Positions 10,929 through 46,884 of a DNA stretch of 64,000 bases are shown here, piece by piece. Below the pieces are notes generated by a model. The model was not told where the DNA came from. It did not search any database and saw only the letters and a list, made by a program, of their open reading frames with translations. This stretch comes from Eimeria praecox. Lineage: Eukaryota. Location of the stretch: NCBI GenBank assembly GCA_963920595.1, contig OY986946.1, forward strand, positions 5,456,001 to 5,520,000, in the 5' to 3' direction. The position numbers were made by a program, and so were the translations under genes. How positions within the stretch are numbered: position 1 is the stretch's first letter; each line of letters starts with the position of its first letter.

Positions 10929-13905
10929 TACATTGAGTCTAAATAATTAATAATTTAAAACAAAATAAAAACTAATCTGTACTCGTAAGGAGACACCAGA
11001 GGGCAATGTAGTACTAATACACTACAAGGAGACAGGTGGAAGGATGGAGACAGTTTGTGAAGTGAAAGGAGGCAAGCAGCAGCAGCAGAAAGAGCAGCAG
11101 CAGCAGCGGCAAGAGCAGCAGCAGCAGCAGCAAGAGCAGCAGCAGCAGCAGCAAGAGCAACAGCAGCAGCAGCAGCAAGAGCAGCAGCAGCATCTGATGC
11201 CGCCGTCTTTGGTGTTGCATGCAGAGGGTTTAGGCCCTTAGACAGCAATTCTTTGCAGGACACGAGAAGAAGGAGGAGACAGTGTGTTGTTACACCAGAG
11301 GATACAGACAGAGAGACAGCAGCAACAGCAACAGCAGCAGCAGCAGGAGCAGCAGCAGCAAGAGCAGCAGCAGCAGCAGCAGCAGAGACAGCTCACATGT
11401 AGAGGGTTTAAATCCCCTGAAAGTCTGTACAGCAAAGCCAAATTTGCCGGAGTATGAACATCTACTGTTTTCATTGGGGGGCCCCCAGGGACTGGGGGGG
11501 CCCCCAAGGCTGCAGGGGATGTGGGGGCCCCCCCAAACCCTCCTGAGGTGTACATACACCGCAGCAGGAGACAGGAGAAGGTAATAAGAATGTCGAACAA
11601 GAAACATGCAACAACAGAAAGAGGAAGAGAGAAAGAAATAAAAGAAGAAGAAGAAAAGGAAAGAAAAATAAGATATAAACAAAACAAACAAAACAAATAA
11701 AACAAACAACAAGTATTAAACATATACAACTAGAAAAGAAAGAAAGAAAGACAAAGAGACAGATTCAATACGACATATTATACATCCTTCAAGTATAAAG
11801 GAGATACTTATTTCTCTGTTTTTGAGCTGCCTATACACCTGAAATATACCTACCTATCCCTCTAATAAAAAGAATAAAGTCGTTAATACAAACTAACTTC
11901 CCCTCACTCTCTGTCTCTATCCTAATTGACACCAGAGCCCCAGACTGCATCAGGTGTACATACACCGCAGATATGCATAGAAATATATTGGGGTTGCATG
12001 CATGCATGCATGCAGGTGTCGGAAAGAAGAAAAGGAGGAGAGAGAGCGTTCTTTTATTGTTATTGTTATTGTTATGGATAGTATTATTATTGCTGTTAAT
12101 GTTATTGTTGCTATTATTATAATTATTAATATTATTATTATTATTATTATTGTTATTATTATTATTATTACTATTGTTATGATTATTATTATTTTATTAT
12201 TGTTATTATTATTATTACTATTATTATTATTATTTTATTACTATTATTATTATTGTTATTACTATTGTTGTTATTCTTACGATTATAACTATTATGATTA
12301 TCATTACGTGGAATGTTATAATAATACTAATAAAGATAATAATTGTTTTTATAATTGTTTTTAATTCTAAAACATATGTTGACATACTTTCTTATCGCAT
12401 ACATCCGTAATAGAAGCTTTGGAGTGTATCTTCATCTCAGGTTGAAGAGGTTGGAGGATGTTTATTTTATGTTCTCCATGTAATAATTTCATAGGATGAA
12501 AGGAGGGTAATCCTAAGAAAATAAATAAACAAATAGAAAACAAACAGAGAGAAAGAGATACATTTAACTGTCTCCTTCTGCTGCAACAGCAAAGGAGACA
12601 GGTATAATAATCTAACACAAACAAACAGGATTGAAGAAAAATATAAGAAAGAAAAAACAATAACAAAGGAGACAAAGGAGACAGATTCACATACAAAGGA
12701 GACACGTCGATACAGTTGTAGAATCAAAGGAGACAGTTAGTTAAGAAGAGACAGAAGAGACAGCAGCAGCAATACAATCAAAGGAGACAGTTAGTTAAGA
12801 AGAGACAGAAGAGACAGCAGCAGCAATACAATCAAAGGAGACAGTTAGTTAAGAAGAGACAGAAGAGACAGCAGCAGCAATACAATCAAAGGAGACAGTT
12901 AGTATAAGAAGAGACGGAAGAGACAGCAGCAGCAATACAATCAAAGGAGACAGTTAGTATAAGAAGAGACGGAAGAGACAGCAGCAGCAAGACAATCAAA
13001 GGAGACAGTTAGTTAAGGAGAGACAGAAGAGACAGCAGCAGCAATACAATCAAAGGAGACAGCTAGTTAAGGAGAGACAGAAGAGACAGCAGCAGCAATA
13101 CAATCAAAGGAGACAGCTAGTTAAGGAGAGACAGAAGAGACAGCAGCAGCAAGACATTCTCATGTGTCTCTTCTTATCTAATCTAACCCGGACATGCCTC
13201 AAGACCTTCAAAGACAGCAGCAACAGATATAAACGTAGCCCCCAATGTTGGTAAAACACGAAAACCTAAAGTGCTGCCTTCATAACAATATTGTAAATCT
13301 ATCTCATCGAGGGGATCCTAAAGTAAGAACAAGAAAGAATAAAAAACAAATAAAAGAAAGAGGAAAGAAAAATAAAAGAAAAATAAAAGAAAGACAAAAT
13401 AAAAATAAAACAAATATAAAACAAAGATAAAAGAAAGATAAAAGAAAGATAAAAGAAGGAGGACAGAAAGATAAAAGAAAAATAAGAGAAAGAAGTATGT
13501 TGGAAAAAGAAAGAAAAATAAAGAAAAAGAAGAAAAGAGAAGAATAAAAGAAAGAAAAAGAAAGAAAGAAAAGAAAGAGAAAGAGAAAAAGAAAAAGATA
13601 AGAGGAAGACGAAAGTAAGAACAAGAAAGAAAAAGAAAGAAAGAAAGAAAGAAAGAAAGAAAAAGAAAGAAAAGAGTAAGAAAGAAAGAAAAGAAAGAAA
13701 AAGAAGAAAGAAGAAAAAGAAAGAAAACGAGAAAAGGAGAAAATAAATATGAGAGACAGAAGAAGAAAAAATAAAGAAGAAAAAACAGAAAAAATAAAAA
13801 AATTAGAAAAGAAAATTCGAGTTAAATAACAGAAAGAGGAGAGAAGGGAGGAGACAGAGACAGAAAGAGACAGAGAGGCAGAGACAGGGAGACAGAGACA
13901 GAGAC

Positions 13906-13936
<31 letters not shown>

Positions 13937-16850
13937 AAGAGAAAGACGGAGACACAGACAGGGAGAGACAAAGACAGAGACAGAGACAGAGAGAGACAAA
14001 TACAGAGACAGAGAGAGACAGAGACAGAGGGAGACAGACAGAGCGACAGATAGAGACAGAGACGGATAGAGACAGGGACAGAGAGAGACAGAGGGAGACA
14101 GAGACAGAGACATTGAGAGACAGAGAGAAACAGAGACAGAGACAGAAAGAGACAGAGAAGAGACAGTTAATAAGGTTATACCTGACAAGCAGCTACCCCC
14201 AAAGCATACAATATGCAATCTCTTGTTGTTATTATTCTCTCTTCCTCAGCCAGAGCAAACCCCCTACATAACTCGGGGATAACCTGAAAAAGAAAAGGAG
14301 ACAGAGATAGATTAAAGATAAGGAGACAGACAAAAGAAAAGGAGACAGAGATAGATTAAAGTAAAAGAGACAGGCGAAAGAAGAGGAGACAGATTAAAGA
14401 AAAGGAGACAGATTAAAGAAAAGGAGACAGATTAAAGAAAAGGAGACAGAGATAGATGAAAGAAAAGGAGACAGAGATAGATGAAAGAAAAGGAGACAGA
14501 TGAAAGAAAAGGAGACAGAGATAGATTAAAGTAAAGGAGACAGATGAAAGAAAAGGAGACAGATTAAAGAAAAGGAGACAGATTAAAAAAAAGGAGACAG
14601 ATTAAAGAAAAGGAGACAGATTAAAGAAAAGGAGACAGATTAAAGAAAAGGAGACAGACGAAAGAAAAGGAGACAGAGATAGATTAAAGAAAAGGAGACA
14701 GAGGAAAGAAAAGGAAACAGAGATAGATTAAAGAAAAGGAGACAGAGATAGATTAAAGAAAAGGAGACAGAGGAAAGAAAAGGAGACAGAGAGTTGATGA
14801 TTAAAAGGAGACAGGAGACAGAAGAATAGCAGAAAGGAGACACTTGATGATGAGAAGGAGACAGAGGAATACGCTAAAGGAGACAGAAAATTATATACAA
14901 AGAAGATAAGAAACAGAGAAACAACAGAAAGGAGACAGGAGAGAGATAAACAACCAAAAGGAGACAGCGGGAGGGCGTATGAGATAACAAAGGAGACAGA
15001 GAAAAAACAAACAAATAGGCGCAAGGCTACCTAAGGGGAAAAGGAGACAGGCAAGAAAACATAGTATTCATAATTATTATTTATTGTTATTATTATTTAT
15101 TATTTGTTATTTATTATTTATTATTTATTATTTATTATTATTCATTATTATTCATTATTATTTATTATTATTTATTGTTATTTATTATTTTTTATCATTT
15201 ATTATTTACCATTGTTTATTATTATTTGTTATCATTTATTATTATTTATTATTATTTATTATTATTTATTATTGCTTATTGTTATTAATTATTATTTATT
15301 ATTATTTATTGCTACTACTACTATTATTATATTTATTATGTATATAGTACGAAATAGTATAACACAAAAACAAAGTAAATAAATCTATAATTAAAAAAGA
15401 TAGAAAGTACAAAACTATGAAAATCAAATAAAAAGAGAGACAGGATGTTGTGTAGTAAGGAACAAACAGACGGAGACAGATAGAAAGAGAGAGAGAGAAG
15501 GAGACAGACAGACAGCAACATAGAGAAAAGGAGACAGAGAGAGACAAACACCAAGAGAGAAAGAGATGTGGGGGGAGATAGGGAGAGAGAGGCTAAGAGG
15601 CAAGGAGAGAAGGAGACAGAGAGAGACTACGAGACACATCAAGACATGAAAGGAGACTCGTACGTAGAGGAGGAGACAGATAAGAGGAAGCAGAGACATA
15701 TTAGATACAGACAAACTAAAATAAATATAAGAAGACACGAAGGGAGATCGAAGGGAAACAACAAAGAAAGAGACAAGGAGTGGGGGGAAGAGGGACAGAG
15801 AAATAAAAAAAACAAATAAAGACATACAGGCTAGGGTTTAGGGTTTATTATGTAGCGTTTAGGGTCTACTCATTAGGGTTTAGGGTTTACTATATAGGGT
15901 TTAGGATCTACAGTTTAGGGTTTAGGGCTTATTGCGTATAGGATATAGGTATAAGAGCAGAGCATTTAGGGCTTAGGGTTTACTGCTTTAGGGTTTAGTG
16001 TTTGTTCTTTAGGGTTTAGGCTTTAGGGTTTAGGGTTTAGGGTTTATGGTTTAGGGTTTAGGGTTTAAGGGAAGCTACACGAAGGCAACAGCACAAATAG
16101 ATATCCCTCTTTAGAATTCAACAGACAGTTTATACAACTGGCTTAGCATATATTAACAACAGCGAGAAGGGTTTAGGGTTTAGGGTTTAGGGTTTAGGGT
16201 TTAGGGTTTAGGGTTTAGGGTTTAGGGTTTAGGGTTTAGAGGCCCTTGAACCCCCGCCAGCCACAAGAGGGAAAAGCGAGACGAAGGCAGAGGGAGAAGA
16301 AAGCTTCTACTGTCTCCTCAAGAGGAGACAGTAGAAAGGAGACAGAAGAGAGGAGACAGAAGAGAGGAGACAGAAGAGAGGAGACAGAAGAGAGGAGACA
16401 GAAGAAAGGAGACAGAAGAGAGGAGACAGAAGAGAGGAGACAGAAGAGAGGAGACAGAAGAAAGGAGACAGAAGAATGAGGGTTTGTGTTTATGAGAAAG
16501 GTAGAAGGTTGTTGGAGGAGACAGAAGAAAGAAGAGAGGAGACAGGAGAGAAAGAAGATGAGAGGAAGAAAAGGAGACAGTCTCTTCTTATCTTATATTA
16601 ATATTAATATTATTAATATTAATATTAATATATTAATTGCAGCTGTCTGTTGTTGAGCTGTATGTACACCGTATGAGACGGTAGAACCGGCGTTTTCTAT
16701 TTTTTTTCTGTCTCCTTTTGTATTTTTTTTCTGCTTTTGCTGCTAAAAGGAGACAGTTAATTAAGTAATGCTGCTGCTGCAGCAGCAGCAGCAGCAACAA
16801 CACGAAGGAGACAGGAAGGAGACCCTTCGTACCTTCTCAGGCTTCTTCAT
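9578..16850 (-). CDS. ECH2: Stand-alone peroxisomal (R)-specific enoyl-CoA hydratase 2 (MaoC/hot-dog fold, MFE-2 hydratase-like), 315 aa, C-terminal PTS1 (-AKL)
   Basis: Exons (5'->3') 16850-16833, 14283-14182, 13317-13188, 12512-12388, 11944-11854, 11542-11397, 10759-10678 and 9831-9578 total 948 nt, all GT-AG and in phase. Motifs: [56 protein letters not shown], the hydratase-2 catalytic motif [40 protein letters not shown], ending ...QTAKL*. The 6-codon first exon (MKKPEK) is less certain. Confidence 0.88.
12722..13152. repeat. 54-55-bp tandem repeat, about 8 copies (AATCAAAGGAGACAGTTAGTTAAGAAGAGACAGAAGAGACAGCAGCAGCAATAC)
   Basis: Near-identical units at 12722, 12776, 12830, 12884 and onward, in ECH2 intron 3. 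Confidence 0.9.
14290..14800. repeat. 19-25-bp minisatellite (TTAAAGAAAAGGAGACAGA)
   Basis: Tandem copies in ECH2 intron 1. Confidence 0.85.
15830..16240. repeat. Interstitial telomere-like (TTTAGGG)n, degenerate then perfect
   Basis: Perfect run at about 16168-16238 inside ECH2 intron 1. Shorter runs occur at ~550-615, 5545-5578, 18930-19135, 21720-21968, 39186-39247 and 61432-61525. Confidence 0.9.
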
Positions 16851-17491
16851 CCTGTGAGGGAGCCTGGGGGGGGGGGGGGAGAAGGAGACAGCTAGAATAT
16901 GAGGAGACAGTCTGAAATAAATAAAAAACTAGAAATAAAAATAAAATTTTAATTTATTTTTGTTTTTGTTAGAGAGACTTCTGCATGCATGCATACAGAA
17001 GACAGACAGACAGACAAGTAGGAGACAGCTACAAGAGAGACAGTGGGGTCCCCCCCTCTTCTATTAATTTTATTGTATTAACAAGATAGCAAGCAATATA
17101 AAGATAAGTGTGGTTGTTGTTCGTTTAATTTGTTTAATATTTTCTCTGTCTCCTCGCTGTTCTGAAGCAGAGACAATGCTCTCGAAGCCCTCCTCTCCTC
17201 TCCTCTCTGCTGTCTGTCTGTCTCCTTTGTCTTCTTTATGTCTCTGACGGTGGGGTTGTTGTTATTCTTTAATTATTTCGACCTTCTGTCTCCTTTGTCT
17301 CCTTCTTCTTCTGTCTCTTTCTTAGATGTCTCTTCATAGGTTGCTCCCCTTGTTGCGGTGTATGTACACCTCGTTCTAAGGTTTCTATCTTCTGTAGGGC
17401 TCTATAACAACAAACAAATATCTTCTGTCTCTTCTTTTCTATACTTCTCCTCGTTTTTAAAGAAAAAGCAACAGCCGTCTCCCCAGACACC

Positions 17492-17984
17492 GTAGCTAGC
17501 CGTAGCTAGCCGTAGCTAGCTGCAGCTAGCCGTAGCTAGCTGTAGCTAGCTATAGCTAAGAGACAGCTGCAGCTAGCTGCAGGTGTCTCCCCTGTGGGGT
17601 GGTTGACTGTTAAGAAAGGATATATGGCTTTGATATGAGCTTCTGATTTAATTGTGCTTCTTCAAACTCAAACAACAGAGGAAGAGACAAAAGCAACTGT
17701 CTCCTTCTCCTCTCCTAGAAGGAGACAACAAAGGAGAGAGGGAGAGGTGCGTATACACCCCAAATTCTGCAGCCATCAGCTATCTTAAGAAACGAAAGAC
17801 AAAATCAACAGCTAGCTAGCTAGCTGCTGCCTAGCTAGCTAAAGTTGATTGTAGCTAGCTGTAGTTGTCTGTATGTATATTTATAGCTAGCTAGCAGCAG
17901 CTAGCAGCTAGCTGGCTAGCTAGCTAGCTAGCTAGCAGCTAGCTAGCTAGCTAGCAGCTAGCTAGCTAGCTAGCAGCTAGCTAC
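17492..17984. repeat. (TAGC)n / AGCTAGCT palindromic tetramer blocks
   Basis: Two clusters (17492-17580 and 17809-17984) between the APN-like stop codon and the ECH2 start. Confidence 0.85.
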
Positions 17985-18174
17985 TCTGATGACAGTGCTG
18001 CCGCTGCTGCAGCTGCTGTCTTTGCAACATATTAGAAGTATTTCGTGAGAAATTCTTCTAATATTTTCTTTTCGTTTCTGTCTCTGTCTCTGTTTCTGTC
18101 TCTGTCTCTGTTTCTATCTGTCTGCCTCCAAAGGGCTCTGTCTGTCTCCTTTTGCTGTCTACTTCTGCTATCTG

Positions 18175-18254
<80 letters not shown>

Positions 18255-18673
18255 GTGCTTATTCGTCTCCGTTCTCAGGTGTCTCCTATCTCTTTCTGTC
18301 TCTGCTTGTGTCTCCTGTCTCCCTCTGTGTCTCCTTTTATCTGCTGTCTCTCTTTGTATCTGTTCTCTCTGCTGTCTCTTCTTGTGTGTACTCGTGTGTT
18401 TACATCGTTTGTCTACTGTCTCCTTTCTTGTGTTGAGGGTTAGAATAGAAGAGAGATTCAAGGAGACAGAAGCTGCAGACACTGCAGCATCCTTCTTCCT
18501 TTTCAGACAGAAAAGAAAAAGAGAATAAGAAAGAAATTGAGGTGTATAGGCACCTCCAGTGTATGCATCTAAACAAACAAATAACATATCTGCATTTTCC
18601 TCTGCCCTTTGTGCTGCTTCTCTGAGCTGTATATACAGCTGAAGAGCTACAGCACACAGCCAAAGGAGACAAC

Positions 18674-18711
<38 letters not shown>

Positions 18712-18722
18712 GCAGAGGCTGT

Positions 18723-33100
<14,378 letters not shown>

Positions 33101-33263
33101 GTTTCTAAAGAGATATTGAGAGGCTGCCCTTGCATTGTTATCTCGAGAGGAAAATAATATATATTATATTTAATTGATTTAATTGATTTAATTGATTTAA
33201 ATGGATCTGAGGGGCGAGAGAGAGAGAGAGAGAAAGAGAGAAAGAGAGAAAAGAGAAGAAAAA

Positions 33264-33283
33264 TGAGGTGTATATACACCTCA
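33264..33283. promoter_or_regulatory. Perfect 20-bp palindrome TGAGGTGTATATACACCTCA (member of a dispersed family)
   Basis: 164 bp upstream of the APN-like ATG. Identical copies at 33643-33662 and 38561-38580; the CG-centred perfect variant is at 50363-50382. A regulatory role is inferred only. Confidence 0.55.
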
Positions 33284-33397
33284 GATTGATGTTTAGGTAT
33301 GGGCTTGTTTAAATCATATTTTAAATATTTTTATTTTTATTTTAATATTTATTTCTTCTTCTCTTTCAGCACAGCTTCTTCTTCTCCTCTAATCTGT

Positions 33398-33429
<32 letters not shown>

Positions 33430-34039
33430 CTGTTGTTGTTGTTGTTGTTGTTCTTGTTGTTGCTCTTGTTGTTGGTGTTGTAGAGGGCTTTGCGTCGCTT
33501 AGAGTATGTGTTTAGAAATAAAATATAAATTAATTAAGTTTAATTGTAATTAAAATAAAAAATATAAACAAATTTATATTTTAAAATGTTAGTGACAGAG
33601 AGAAAAACAGATATACAGTTGCTCGTCTTAACAGCAGCAGGCTGAGGTGTATATACACCTCAAATCTTGATAGGATTAATTAGAGTCCTTATCATATTTT
33701 CTCTTAATTATTAGAAGAAATAATAAATATATTTTAATTAATTAATTGTTTTTTATTTAATTAATATAAAATTCAGGTGTATACAGAGACACAGACTCGC
33801 TCTCCCTCAGCCTCGATATCTGCTGTTGTAGAATATATGATTTTGTTTGTTTGTTTAATTTTATTTATTTATTTTAAATTATTTTATTATTTAAATATTA
33901 TTTTTTATTTATATATATAACTTAAACTCTCTCCGTATTCATGAAAAATAAAAACAAACATGTCTACAAGACAAATATAAGATTATGAAGAAACTCGGTG
34001 TATGTACAGTTGTGCTTATATTTAATATTCTTAAACTGC

Positions 34040-34074
<35 letters not shown>

Positions 34075-34081
34075 ATGCTGC

Positions 34082-34120
<39 letters not shown>

Positions 34121-34664
34121 CTGTTGTCTACGATCTTGTTTGTGTTCTGAAAGGAAGATAAAATATAAAAAAATTTGAAACAGATAGTAGCAGAGAAAGA
34201 AAAAGAAGTAATGAAGAGACAGAGAGAGACAGAGACAGAGACAGAGACAGAGAGGGATAGACAGAGACAGATACAAAGACAGAGAGAGACAGAGAGAGGC
34301 AGAGAGAGAGAGAGGCAGAGAGAGACAGAGAGAGAGAGAGAGAGACAGAGAGAGAGAGAGACAGAAAGACAGAAAGAGAAAGAGACAGAGAGAGATAAAG
34401 ACAGAGGGAGACAGAGACAGACAAGGAGAGATAGTGACAGAGGCAGGGAGAGACAGAGAGAGACAGAGAGAGACAGAGAGAGACAGAGACAGAGAGAGAC
34501 AGAGACAGAGAGAGACAGAGACAGAGAGAGACAGTTCGAATATCAAACACCTCTTCTATCATTAACTTGTTTTTTTTTATACTTGTATTTGTAAGTGTTG
34601 CTGTCTGGCTGAGGCGCATGCAGAAAGAAGAAAGAAAAAAATTGAGTGTGGGGTCCGCTCAGCT

Positions 34665-34760
<96 letters not shown>

Positions 34761-34910
34761 TACTCTGAGGGAGAAGAGACAGGCAACAGCAGCATGACAG
34801 GGAGAGGAAGAAGACTTAGATTTCTCTCTAACATTTATATTTAATAATTAATATTATATTTTGTTTTTTATAAACATATTTTAAATATATTTTAATATCT
34901 TAATTGAATA

Positions 34911-34951
<41 letters not shown>

Positions 34952-35336
34952 AACAAAGCAAAGCTATCAGAGAGTCGAAAGAAGAATTCAGGTGTATAGG
35001 CAGCTATCCCCTGCTTCGAGTGTATATGCACCTCAACATTTATTATTTTTTTTCTAAAACATACAAACAAACAGAAATACTTTTCTAGACAACTACAGCA
35101 GAGGCAGCTCTATCTATAATTAAATTTAATATTTATAGTTGAATATAATATTTATAAATAAATATGTTTATAATTAAGTATAATATTTGTAATTAAATAT
35201 AATATTTATAATTAATTATAATGTCTTTGTCCTCTCTTATACATTACCAACAAATATAATTTTAGGTTTGTCTTGTTTTTTTTTAATTTTATTTATTTTT
35301 AATTTATATTAATCTAATTTATTTTGTTTTATTTGA

Positions 35337-35572
35337 GTTTAATTTAATTTAATTTAATTTAATTTAATTTAATTTAATTTAATTTAATTTAATTTAATTT
35401 AATTTAATTTAATTTAATTTAATTTAATTTAATTTAATTTAATTTAATTTAATTTAATTTAATTTAATTTAATTTAATTTAATTTAATTTAATTTAATTT
35501 AATTATTTGATTTAATTTAATTTAATTTAATTAAATTTAATTTAATTTAATTTAATTTAATTTAATTTAATT
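35337..35572. repeat. (TTTAA)n pentanucleotide microsatellite
   Basis: About 235 bp, nearly perfect, in the long divergent intergenic region. A related TTAA-rich tract lies at 63760-63990. Confidence 0.95.
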
Positions 35573-35895
35573 TGTTTTTTCTACTTTTGTTTGTATTGTT
35601 TTTTGTGTTATGCTCTCCGCCTTCTCTCACTCTCTCACCTCCTATCTTTTAAAGTATTTGTGTGTTTGTTTATTTATTTGTTTGTTTTATTTGTTTGTCT
35701 GTTTGTTTATACTCTGTCTCTTAATCTATCCATCTGTCTACTTATCTGTATATGTATCTACCTATATATATATTTATTTAATTATTTATTTATTTATCTA
35801 TCTATCTATCTATCTATCTATTTGTTTGTTTGCTTGTCTCTCTCTCTTCGCTTTATGTTTGAGAGTTTTTTATGTCTCTTTCTTCTTACAAAGCA

Positions 35896-35933
<38 letters not shown>

Positions 35934-35935
35934 GC

Positions 35936-35993
<58 letters not shown>

Positions 35994-36168
35994 CCAACAA
36001 CACTAATAATAATAATAATAACTACAATAATAATAATATTAATAATAACTAGAATAATAATAATTATAACAAATATAATAATAATAGCAGAAGTAAGAAT
36101 AACAAGAACAACAATAACAACAGCAGCAACAGCAGCAGCAGCAACAACAGCAGCAGCAGGAAATGCAA

Positions 36169-36212
<44 letters not shown>

Positions 36213-36265
36213 GCAACAGCAGCAGCAACAGCATGCACTGAGGAGGCTGTATTGCTGTCTGTCTG

Positions 36266-36296
<31 letters not shown>

Positions 36297-36474
36297 TTCT
36301 GTTGTTAGTTATTACTGTCTCCTCCCTTCTAACTGTCTCCTTCCTTCTTCTTCTTTCTCCTTTGTTTTTATAAATTCTAATATAATAAAACATCTTCTAT
36401 CTTTCTTTGTTTATTATTTTTTGTTTTATCTTCTTCTTTATTTGTTTAACTACTCTTCCCTTGATTTAAAACAA

Positions 36475-36505
<31 letters not shown>

Positions 36506-36957
36506 GCATATACAAAAACAACAACAACAGTAACAATAATAAATACATATACAACAATAATAATAACAATATTAATAATAATAATAATAATAGTATTAAT
36601 ACTACTACTACTAATAATAATAAGCGCATTTTTATTTTAAATACAAACATGTCTAACTCGGACCTCAAAGTTCAAGAAAAACGTAAATAAATAAATAAAT
36701 AGATAAATATGTAGATAAATAAATAGATAAATAAATATATAAATAAATAAATAAGTATGTGTATATAAGATTGTCTCTCTATATAGTTAAGTATATTCTG
36801 CATATATATGTATATGTATACGACTTGTCTAATATACATATAAATATATATGCATATATAAGCGTACGAATACATACATGTTATAAAGACTATGCTTCTA
36901 CAGATATATACACCTTATCTATATATATATTTAGATATATATATATTTGTATATGGT

Positions 36958-37123
<166 letters not shown>

Positions 37124-37363
37124 ATATGGTTGTATATATATTGGTTGTGTATATCATAGAGTAGGGAGGCTAAGGGGAGAGAAGAACTACTACTAGAAAT
37201 ATAATATAATATAAATATTAACAGAAATAAAAACAGATATACTTGTGATAGATATTCTACTAAATAAAGAGATTTAGATTTAAATTATTAAATAAACAAA
37301 CAATTTAAAAATATAAAATATAAAATATAAAATAAAGAACTGAACATAAAACAAATAAAGATA

Positions 37364-37511
<148 letters not shown>

Positions 37512-37544
37512 TATATACATATACGTATATATATATATGTATAT

Positions 37545-37636
<92 letters not shown>

Positions 37637-38914
37637 AGAAGAACATGTTGGCTTTTCTCTATTTTTTCTTGTTATAATTAGATAATTTGTATTTATTTAA
37701 TGAAATAGAATATAATAATATTTATTTTATTTTAAGATAACAAACAAACACAAAAATATCGAAGGTGTGTTGTTCTATTCAATGTTTGTAGGCTTAGAGC
37801 GCGGCCGCCACAGCTGCAGGGTTTATATGTTTATAATGTATAATATTTTTATTTTTTTATAATTATTTTCTATTAATTAATTTAAAAATATTATTATTTA
37901 ATTATATTATATAAAAAATTACAATGTTTCTGCTGTATAAACACCTAAAATTGATGGCGTTAGTATATCGCCCGCTGTGTCTGTTGCTGCGGTGTATAGG
38001 CAGCTACTCGATGTGTGTATACACCTCATACGGAAGATATATTGTATATTTCTTCGTTTTTTCTGCTTTTTTTTGTTTATTTGTTTATTTTTTATCTATT
38101 TATATTTAAAAAACATATATATATTAACCTATATCTTCTTCAGACAGCTTAGAATACATCGCCGGCCTCGCTCACTACAGCGTCTCGGGTCTTTCTTGTT
38201 TTTCTTGACTGTTTTGAATTATTAAAACTTTCTCGTTTCTGTTTAATTATATAAACTATGATAAATTAAATTATATTTATATTTATAAATATAAATATAT
38301 ATATATTAAGTTTTGTTTTCTTGTGTTTTATTATTAGAAGATATATTGTTTGTTTGTTGTTTGTAGTATCTATTTCTATGTTTGTTTGTTTCTTCTTCTA
38401 TCGACATCTTCTTCTTCTATTCCCAATCTTCTTACGATTTTCTTGATTTTATTTTATTTATTTATTTATTTTAATCCTTTAACATCTAAATATAAAATAA
38501 ACAAACACCGAAGACACCCCAGTCGTTGTCGTAGTATACTTGGCCTTGTTTGCTAGAAGTTGAGGTGTATATACACCTCAAACATTCCTCCTTTAATACT
38601 TTCTTCTCTAATATTTCTAATGATATATTTATAATTTTATAATATTTAAAAAAGTTATTTATCCTCATCTTCTTATCTTCCTACATTCTATTGAGGGCGT
38701 CTTCTTCTTTTCTTGTGGTGTCTGTCGATGAATACAAACAAACAAAACAAATAAACAAATAAAATAAATAAAAACAAATAAACAAAATAAACAAAACAAA
38801 CAAAACAAACAAAACAAATAAATAAAACAAATAAAATAAAAACAAAACAAAACAAACAAAACAAATAAACAAACAATAATATAATAATATATATTATTTA
38901 TAGAATAAAATATC

Positions 38915-46747
<7,833 letters not shown>

Positions 46748-46884
46748 TTAATCCTATTTTATTATTATCGTATCTATTTAGATAGAAGAATAAAGGGACA
46801 GAGGAGACAGAGACAGAGAGACAAATAAACAAACACAAAGATAGAGACAAATAATACAAACTAGACAGGTCTACTCGAACAAGC

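Noticed and set aside
11216..11245. 'SKGLNPLHA' in ECH2 intron 6, echoing the catalytic 'SGDLNPLH'
   Set aside because: Too short, and explained by an AAACCCT unit next to TGCATGCA. No usable splice sites were found.
11995..12014. (TGCA)5 and scattered TGCATGCA octamers as a novel motif
   Set aside because: Already a well-known Eimeria/apicomplexan element, so used only as taxonomic evidence.
12722..13152. Regularly spaced repeats resembling a CRISPR array (also 56157-56685)
   Set aside because: No unique spacers, no cas genes, and a eukaryotic intronic context.
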